Source: Thalia democratica (taxonomy: Eukaryota). From it: a DNA stretch of 64,000 nucleotides. How positions within the stretch are numbered: the first letter of the stretch is position 1; each line of letters begins with the position of its first letter. Below, one piece after another: positions 63,946 through 64,000 of this stretch. The notes under the pieces are model-generated. The model saw only the letters and a list, made by a program, of their open reading frames with translations, ran no database searches and was not told where the DNA came from. The stretch is from positions 48,732,001 through 48,796,000 of the forward strand of contig OZ241831.1 of the NCBI GenBank assembly GCA_965202585.1. The letters are read 5' to 3'. Made by a program: the position numbers and the translations under genes.

Positions 63946-64000
63946 ATTATCAGGATTGTGATATTTATTAATTTAAAAAGCTAATTTTTAGTAATATAAA

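Noticed and set aside
1-64000. Non-standard genetic code or stop readthrough
   Set aside because: All four gene models translate without internal stops under the standard code and end in TAA or TGA.
1-64000. tRNA/rRNA genes, prokaryotic operons or horizontally acquired bacterial DNA
   Set aside because: No cloverleaf, rRNA signature or long intronless bacterial-type ORF was seen.

Overview
Very AT-rich eukaryotic (animal) genomic DNA. A tunicate/ascidian origin is an inference, based on GC-rich exons in AT-rich introns and recurrent TGTGACGTCAT. I reconstructed four spliced genes by hand from GT-AG sites and reading-frame continuity. (1) The last four exons of an NCLX/SLC8B1-type cation/Ca2+ exchanger (+, 678-2676). 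(2) A complete 24-exon condensin I subunit CAP-G gene (NCAPG; -, 31904-12087, 1123 aa). (3-4) Two tandem paralogues (+, 43379-47316 and 51508-56011) encoding secreted, RGG/GSY-rich, Cys-containing, probably GPI-anchored proteins with a prion-protein/Shadoo-like layout. The rest is TE-rich: TTAA-flanked foldback MITEs, CAGGG-terminal elements with 6-bp TSDs, Mutator-like MITEs, a CR1/L2 RT fragment, SINE-like repeats and a Penelope-like element with inverted pseudo-LTRs carrying hammerhead-like motifs. The strongest unexplained pattern is tandem decoy copies of 'intron tail + 3' splice site + exon head' stacked upstream of the real acceptor in about 10 introns. Gene models have no transcript support, and homology calls rest on recalled motifs, not database searches.
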